The notes under the pieces are model-generated. The model did not search any database, was not told where the DNA came from, and saw nothing but the letters and a program-made list of their open reading frames with translations. Both the position numbers and the translations under genes were made by a program. A stretch of 64,000 nt of DNA from Octopus vulgaris (taxonomy: Eukaryota): positions 97,030,001 to 97,094,000 of the forward strand of contig OX597816.1 in assembly GCA_951406725.2 (NCBI GenBank), in the 5' to 3' direction. Positions 56,861 through 64,000 of this stretch are shown here, piece after piece; position 1 is the first letter of the stretch; every line of letters begins with the position of its first letter.

Positions 56861-57499
56861 ATTGATAACGGCCAACGTGACTGCCGGCACGTAAATCGGA
56901 AAGCAACTATGGCAGCGAAGACGAAGGCGCTCACGTGCGGACGAACGTGGTGGTTGCGGCGGCATATCGAGAAATCACCGGTCGTGTGGAGTGAAGAGGC
57001 ACATACCAGTGTCGATGAACATGAAACGAAAAGAGCACGACGAGAACTAATCTTCCATTGAGACATCATCCGAACTGTAAAAACCCTACACACACACACA
57101 CACACACACCCACACACACACACACTCACTCACACACACGTGTATATATATATGCGTGTATGTTTGACTCTATATATGTATGTGATGTATATATATGTGT
57201 GTGTGTGTATTTACATACTTATACATATGCACAGGCACGTGCATGCGCCAATAAATATACGTGTATACGAATGTATGTGTGTGTATACGTATATATGTAT
57301 TTAGAGAAAGACAGAGAAAGAGAGAGACAAAGAAAGAGAGTGGGAAAGAGAATGATAGAGAGGAAGAGAGAGATAGAGAGGAAGAGAGAGATAGAGAGGA
57401 AGAGAGAAAGGGACAGAATAAGAGGAAGAGAAACGGAGAGAGAAAGAGATTTGTGAGGTTTTAATATCTACTTATTTACTTGTTGAGTATTCTGCGTGA

Positions 57500-58000
57500 G
57501 GTTTACACAGGTTTAATAGTTTATGTAGATAAGTCTTTTTTTATTATTTGTAACGAGAATTTCACTGACGGACTTTTATAAAATTAATTGCTTTGGCCTC
57601 CTCCTTCTGTGTCGTTGTCAGTTTTCCTCGCACAGTTCTTGCTGCCTATGCTTCTCTGTGTGCTCAGTAATGAGTCCAGTTAACATTTGGTATGAAACCT
57701 GGAAGATTTCCCATGATTGTTCAGTATTTTTCCTGACATCGTAGGAAGCCCATTGATATTGACATCTTTACTTGTTGACCATCTAATTTCATTTTCAATA
57801 ATAAAATCATCCGAACTATTAAGAATAAATATACAAATTTTACGTGTTGTCAATGACTGGCAGAACAGAAAAGCTTCTGTAATCGTACCATTAAATTCAT
57901 AGAGTATGAATGCAAGCAAATTGGCGCAGTTAGAAATATCTGTACTTTCAAATGTTTGTAACTAAAAGTATTCACTCTTGAGTATACTTTATTGTAACTG
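57500..58000 (-). pseudogene. hAT (Buster/Charlie-like) transposase relic
   Basis: ESTDISNCANLLAF..EAFLFCQSL..W; NWTHY*AHREA*AA (CxxH region); AINFIKS. Confidence 0.8.
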
Positions 58001-58194
58001 ATTTTTAACGTTACCATGTGCTGATTTTATGCAGTCTTTGTTGACTTTCTTTCTATTCGTGTAGTAATTGTTCTCTCATATAATAGTTTCTTATTAATGT
58101 TGATGACGAAGTTTTGTGTGAATATTGTTATATGTGCTTTCAGTTGTTTATATTCTCTACGTATTACTACTGTTTATTTGCGTGGCTTTGTGGA

Positions 58195-58500
58195 GACGAG
58201 TGGCTTAGTTGTTAGTGCATTCGACTCACGATGGTGAGTTCGATTTCTGGCAGAGGGTTGTGACATTTAACTAAGACACTTTATTTATTTTACATTGCTC
58301 CAATCCACTCATCTGGCAAAATTGAGTATACCTGTATTTCAAAGGGCGGTCCTTGTCATATTTTATGTCACGCTGAGAACTACGTTAGGCGAACGCGTGT
58401 CTGTGGAGAGCTGAGCTACTTGCACGTTAATTTCACGAGCAAACTGTTTCATTGGTCGCATGAACTGGGACACTCGTTGTCGTAACCGATAGAGTGCTAG
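58195..58500 (+). mobile_element. tRNA-derived SINE related to family C
   Basis: A box TGGCTTAGTTG, B box GTTCGATTTC; 3' part CCTGTATTTCAAAGG..GAGAACTACGTTA..CACGTTAATTTCACGAGC shared with 18910-19030. Confidence 0.75.
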
Positions 58501-58564
58501 TACTGCTTGTACGTGTAAATTCATTTCAGTTTTATTGTTATTGCATCGGTTGTGCTCCATACTT

Positions 58565-59032
58565 CTCAAAAGAAGAAAAATAAATTTCGAAGTAGAACTA
58601 TCGATTGACGGTCTGGACCTGGGAGACGAATTCGCGATACATGATGCCACATTTCCAGGTGTGGCGCTCTTGGCACGTCTTCCAGAACAATCATCGTCTT
58701 CCAAGGACGTTCTTCCATTTTTGAAGCACCCTTGCCACTCGAAGCATTGCACACGACCCATTGCCTTGTGGGCGTAAGCTTGTTCAAAAATCTAAGCAAG
58801 CTCAAAATATCTGTCACAGACTAAGTTTAACGCAAAATTTCACGTTGGCTCTTTGTTTCGAAGACTGCAGTATACACTTGATCACAAAAACATAAATTTC
58901 ACACCTTTCTTGCAAAGCAAACACACCGATTTCACTGGGAACAGTGCCTCATGAAGGTAACTGCTACCTCTCATTGCTGCCATCTGTTGGCGCGCTACAG
59001 AACTAGATCGAGAACTTTTTGATACCACCTCG
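58565..59032 (-). mobile_element. Internally deleted mariner element (5' end plus transposase pieces)
   Basis: TA|CGAGGTGGTATCAAAAAGTT terminus; FEWQGCFKNGRTSLEDDDCSGR joined to GIMYREFVSQVQTVN. Confidence 0.8.
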
Positions 59033-59039
59033 TATATTG

Positions 59040-60170
59040 ATACAGTAGACAACGCTCAGAACAATTGCGAAGGTATTGGAATCAATGAGTTTAAACCATA
59101 CCATGCTCGAACGAGGAGATTAGGACCACAGTAGCCAACCAGATAGAGAAAGAAGAGGTGAACATCTATTCCATGGAGTTGGAATAATGTTATCAACAAC
59201 GACAGTGTACTGTGTGGGAGCTTTTGTGGGTTGGGCCAAATGGAGGATTGAAATAGTGTTCATCATGGTATCTAGTCAGGATAAGTTTTCTAATTCATTC
59301 CGTCTACGACATGCTTCCAATTGGAAAACAGAGGAGAGAAGTCTGTGCAAACGTGGAAATGTTAGAACGATGAAGCACTTACTCTCCAGTTGCTTACTAT
59401 GTTGGGAGCACTGAAGCACGGCATAACTAAGTGCTGATCAGTGGTGGAGAGGGTGAAGTGAAATAACAAAGGAGAAAGACTACAAGTATTGAAAAAAAGA
59501 AAAAATAAAGTTTGCAGGGAAGGGGAACGCTGCAAGCCACAAACCGCAAGAAAGAAGAATGATCATGCATGGAAGGGCACTTTGATGCTCTGTGATGTCC
59601 TTGATAGTAAATATCACTTTGCTGTTTCTGCTAACAAAGGGCCCGATCTTATAAGGTACAAGAAATGAAAGGTGATGAAAATGGTAGAAAGATTGTTCTT
59701 AGGAAGAACATTGAAAGTGCTTTCTTCAGGAAAGGCACAGAATACAGTGAGTTGATTGAACTCTGTGAAGATAATCGACGTGGAGGCGTAGGGCGGGGGG
59801 AAATATCCATTCTTTTAGACGTAGGAATTACAGGATATGTAGGAGAGAAAGATAGGAACGGTGTTGCCAGAACATTGTCATTAACCGCTGTAGGAAGTAA
59901 TTAAATGTTGATCAAGAGAGAAGATGAGTGGCAAGGCAACAACGAGTATTGAGGAAGATAAAAAACATCTGACCCGGGGCCATGACATCTTACGTGTGTT
60001 GATTCACGAGTGTTTTGTCATCTCAATCGTTGGGTGCCCCGGGGATCTCTGTTGTTCCGGTGGAAAAGGCTGAAACACGTATATAGGTGGTCTACCGCCA
60101 AATAAAGCACCAACTCCTGCATTCAGAGGCGTAGTTCAGCAGCACACTCAGCACCCAGGTGCTTAACCTA
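59040..60170 (+). mobile_element. Hero/R2-group RLE LINE 3' fragment
   Basis: LCKRGNVRTMKHLLSSC knuckle, GPDL, NIESAFFRKGTEYSELIELC, LDVGITG; GC-richer 3'UTR ending before TA-rich sequence. Confidence 0.65.
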
Positions 60171-60273
60171 AATATATATGTATATAAGTAATATACTAAC
60201 CCCAATGTTTCCCTTTAGCTGCCAAAAGTTTTATGCAGACTGCTATACATTAACGCTGATGAGCAAATGGTTC

Positions 60274-60317
60274 ACAGTAACATTGACGTTTAATGTTGCT
60301 TCCCTTCATCAGACTGT
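60274..60317 (-). ncRNA. Decayed hammerhead relic (G12U)
   Basis: Minus: ACAGT-CTGATGA-agggaagcaacat-TAAA-CGTCAATG-TT^ACTGT. Confidence 0.4.
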
Positions 60318-61996
60318 CTATTTTACATTTCTTCTTCAACAGATATTCAGAATTTAAACGTATAACATGACGATCAAGAGAAAACATCGAAGTCACTTTC
60401 AAACTTTTCATTGTAAAAGTTAATATGTGAGCGTGCGCGTGTACGTGTACACACACATAAACACAAACACGCACATACTCACACACAAACACATTCGCAC
60501 ACACATATCTTTATATATGTCTATATGTGTATAAATATAATACTTCTTTCTCCACTTTTTATATATATGCTCCCTTTTTTCCTTTTCTATTTTTTACACA
60601 CCCCATTTTTAGTTCGTTACCCCATGTGGGTAATATCTGATGACTCTGTTGGGATACCAGGCATAAAGCAATGTGTGGTATGTTCTCAGCACATGAAACT
60701 AATAGTAGGACATAAAAACATATATTGTGTTTATTAAATAATATTTATCTCTCACCAGATGGATCACTTCTTTGTTGATTCTACCATCACGGAATAGTAC
60801 ACTAAGCGTATATGTGTGTGTTTGTGTGTGTGTTTGTGTGTGTGTATTTGTGTGTGACTATATGTATATATATATATATATATAATAAAGATATTTCCAT
60901 AAGGGTAGAAATACAGAAGAAAAGAATTTGAAATTGACTGAGATTCCTTTAGATGTTTTATTTAAAAGTTTTTAAAGACTTAAAACAGCTCCGCGTCTTT
61001 CTCTCTCAACTTTCAAAAATCAGAAAAATCTGTGAAACTGGATAATCTTCAAAAATTTTAAAATACAAAATCTAAACGAATCACAGCGCATCTTGTTGTT
61101 CTTTTTCTTCTCACTCTCTCTCTCTCTCTCTCTGTGAGCGTATGTTTGTATAAATGCACACGCACACATATATCTCAAACTAAATATACAAAAATATCCT
61201 TGTATACCATAAGTTTATATATTTATAAATATATAAGCATATGTGTGTATATGTATGTGTATGTATACATATACACAAAAAAACATATATATGCATACAT
61301 GTATATATATGTTTGTGTGTGTGTGTATATACATACACACACACACACACATATATATATATAGTTCAAATTTGCAGAAAACAAAATCTACGTGTGAATA
61401 TGTATATATATATATGAGTGTTTGCGTGTGTGTATATACACATATATTTATTCATGTATATGCAAATATATTTAACTATATCTATTGAATTAAAACATTG
61501 AATGTTATAATATATATAACAGAATCATATTGGTATATGAGCGCTAATTCAAGTTCAGTGTTTGATATCTTAAAGATAAGGCTAATTAAAATGTGTTGAA
61601 GAAGCTTCTAAATATACTGGCAACAACATAATATATAACTACAGATATTAAAATACGTATCTTAGACTTTTGATCCTAAAGTTAAATGTGTTACATGCAC
61701 AATTATCAATGGATAATGAGAACCCTAGTATAATAATACATATCTAATTTATTGTAGCGCATATTTGTCTTTGCATCATAATACAAAGAAGCGAAAGTGT
61801 TAAATGTTTATATTCTGAATATATGTTAATGAAGAAATGTAAATGTTAACATTAAAAATCTCACACTTAACAGAAGATGCTGTTAGATGCCAAAATCAAT
61901 AAACTAATCAATCACTTAATCAATCAATCAATCAATCTAACTATCTATCTACATCTCTCTCTATATACATGCATATACATACATGCATATATATAC

Positions 61997-62050
<54 letters not shown>

Positions 62051-62616
62051 ACCGTAATGCCACAATATATCTACACGCACAAACGCATACATACAAATAT
62101 ATGATTAACATACTTTGAACAATAATCATCCAACCATTTAATGACTTTCCGGGATTAAATCTAACATTTTATTGAAATTTATAAACAAGACATTTCTGAA
62201 TAGATTTGCCATCAAAACAACCAACTAGAAATCGTTTGTTGTTTTTCTCATTCTTCAATGAGCAGTTCGCTTTTCCTTATATATAGTCACCTTATTTTGT
62301 ACAAAAAACTGCTAGTCCCCTCTGAACAAAATTTCCGCACAAAATGCTTTAAAATATACAGAAAACCTCATTTATCCTTTGTATATAAACACATCATACA
62401 GACACACAAATATATACTTATAGACTGAAAACTACAAATAGGTACCCAAGCATCTTAACCGGCCATACACAAACATTATTTGTCCAACAATGTGGATTGT
62501 TGGCGATTTTTTCCTCCGTCTTTCTTTTCTTTCGAACTTTTCCCTGTCTCCTTTTTCTGAAGAAAAGCTGTGCTCGAAGAGTAAAACAATCTTTCTTTCT
62601 TTCCCTCAGCGTCTGT

Positions 62617-62790
<174 letters not shown>

Positions 62791-63153
62791 GCAATAATAA
62801 TTCTCTAAACGAGATATAGACAGTAACTGCTCCATAACATGCTGTCGAACAGATTTTCGAAATCAGTAAATGTATTTACGTGAAAATCTTTATATAAATA
62901 TTCTGCACAGAGAGTCGTTCGTCGAAGGGCGGTGCCTACCATACGTTGACGAGAGGCAAACACCTCGAAACCTGGGTCCGTATGTGGCTTCCGCTTCTTC
63001 GGTGGATGATCTCCCTTTGCAGGATAGAGGACGCCGTGATGGTGTCAAGCCTTTCTGGTGACGTTGATGTTCGCCTGGGGCTAAATGCAACAGTAACACC
63101 CCCACCGCCCTGCCCTGTCCCTAGCCACATTCAAATGGCTAATGTCCCTTTTG

Positions 63154-63158
<5 letters not shown>
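62791..63158 (+). mobile_element. Diverged copy of the 357-bp retrozyme-like family (50-bp inverted head plus direct body) in (TA)n
   Basis: 62791-62840 inverted; 62841-63158 aligns to the unit at 63573-63890. Confidence 0.85.
62929..62994 (+). ncRNA. Type I hammerhead ribozyme, U3.G8 variant
   Basis: GCGG-t-GCC-tac-CATACG-TTGACGA-GAGG-caaaca-CCTC-GAAA-CCTGGG-TC^CGTATG-t-GGC-tt-CCGC; predicted cleavage after 62978. Confidence 0.8.
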
Positions 63159-63190
<32 letters not shown>

Positions 63191-63191
<1 letters not shown>

Positions 63192-64000
63192 CAATAATAA
63201 ATCTCTAAACGAGATATAAACAGTAACTGCTCTATAACATAAGGGGCATCAGCCACCTGAATGTGGCTAGGGACAGGGCAGGGCGGTGGGGGTGTTACTG
63301 ATGCATTTAGCCCCAGGCGATCATCAACGTCACCAGGAGGGCTGACACCATCTCGGTGTCCTCTAGCCTGCAAAGGGAGATCATTCCCCGAAGAAGCGGA
63401 TGCTACATACGGACCAGGTTTCAAGGTATTTGCCTATTATCAACGCATGGTAAGCACCATGCATCAGTAACACCCCCACCGCCCTGCCCTGTCCCTAGCC
63501 ACATTTAGATGGCTGATGCCCCTTATGTTATAGAGCAGTTACTGTTTATATCTCGTTTAGAGATTTATTATTGCTTTCGAACGGTTTTTCTACATCAGTA
63601 AATGTGTTTACTGTGAAAATCCTTAAATATATAGCCTGTACAGAGAGTTATTCGTCGGAGAGCGGTGCTTACCATGCGTTGATAATAGGCAAATACCTTG
63701 AAACCTGGTCCGTATGTAGCATCCGCTTCTTCGGGGAATGATCTCCCGTTGCAGGCTAGAGGACACCGAGATGGTGTCAGCCCTCCTGGTGACGTTGATG
63801 ATCGCCTGGGGCTAAATGCATCAGTAACACCCCCACCGCCCTGCCCTGTCCCTAGCCACATTCAGGTGGCTGATGCCCCTTATGTTATAGAGCAGTTACC
63901 GTTTATATCTCGTTTAGAGATTTATTATTGCTTTCGAACGGTTTTTCTACATCAGTAAATGTGTTTACTGTGAAAATCCTTAAATATATAGCCTGTACAG
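63191..64000 (+). mobile_element. 357-bp retrozyme-like tandem: inverted partial copy 63191-63458, then direct units from 63459, running off the window
   Basis: GCATCAGTAACACCCCC at 63461 and 63818 (period 357); starts at (TA)n. Confidence 0.9.
63662..63726 (+). ncRNA. Type I hammerhead ribozyme, U3-A8 variant (mirror copy on minus strand ~63396-63458)
   Basis: GCGG-TGCT-tac-CATGCG-TTGATAA-t-AGG-caaata-CCT-t-GAAA-C-CTG-G-TC^CGTATG-t-AGCA-t-CCGC; predicted cleavage after 63710. Confidence 0.75.

Noticed and set aside
62550-62590. CTGAAGA-aaagctgtgctc-GAAG remnant
   Set aside because: GAAA box broken and stems absent; too decayed to call.
63461-63519. Twister-like motif (helix-TAA-CACC...GTCCCTAGC...GGTG-helix)
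   Set aside because: The purine segment needed for pseudoknot T1 and the catalytic G context is missing, and P4 does not form in register.

Overview
AT-rich, microsatellite-dense animal DNA with no recognisable host gene. The SINE families resemble those of Octopus/cephalopods (inference), and most ORFs in the supplied track are microsatellite translations. The window is mainly mobile-element debris: three non-autonomous Helitrons, R4/Dong- and Hero-type RLE LINEs, CR1/RTE fragments, an internally deleted Ty3/gypsy element with both LTRs and a 5-bp TSD, mariner and hAT relics, and many tRNA-SINEs. The main result is a set of at least six sequence-unrelated non-coding repeats that each carry a type I hammerhead ribozyme (HHR) fold: a ~13.7 x 560-bp tandem array (48478-56126), a 357-bp tandem family (62791-64000), a 345-bp palindrome (45569-45913), a ~342-bp unit with terminal redundancy (28972-29434), and solo copies at 15080-15150 and 13217-13264. 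Several share a (TA)n / inverted partial copy / direct copies / (TA)n layout and non-canonical core features (U10.1.U11.1 mismatch, U3-A8 swap, U4C). This fits a diverse Penelope-mobilised retrozyme (self-cleaving, circular RNA) system. All folds were worked out by eye; activity is untested.
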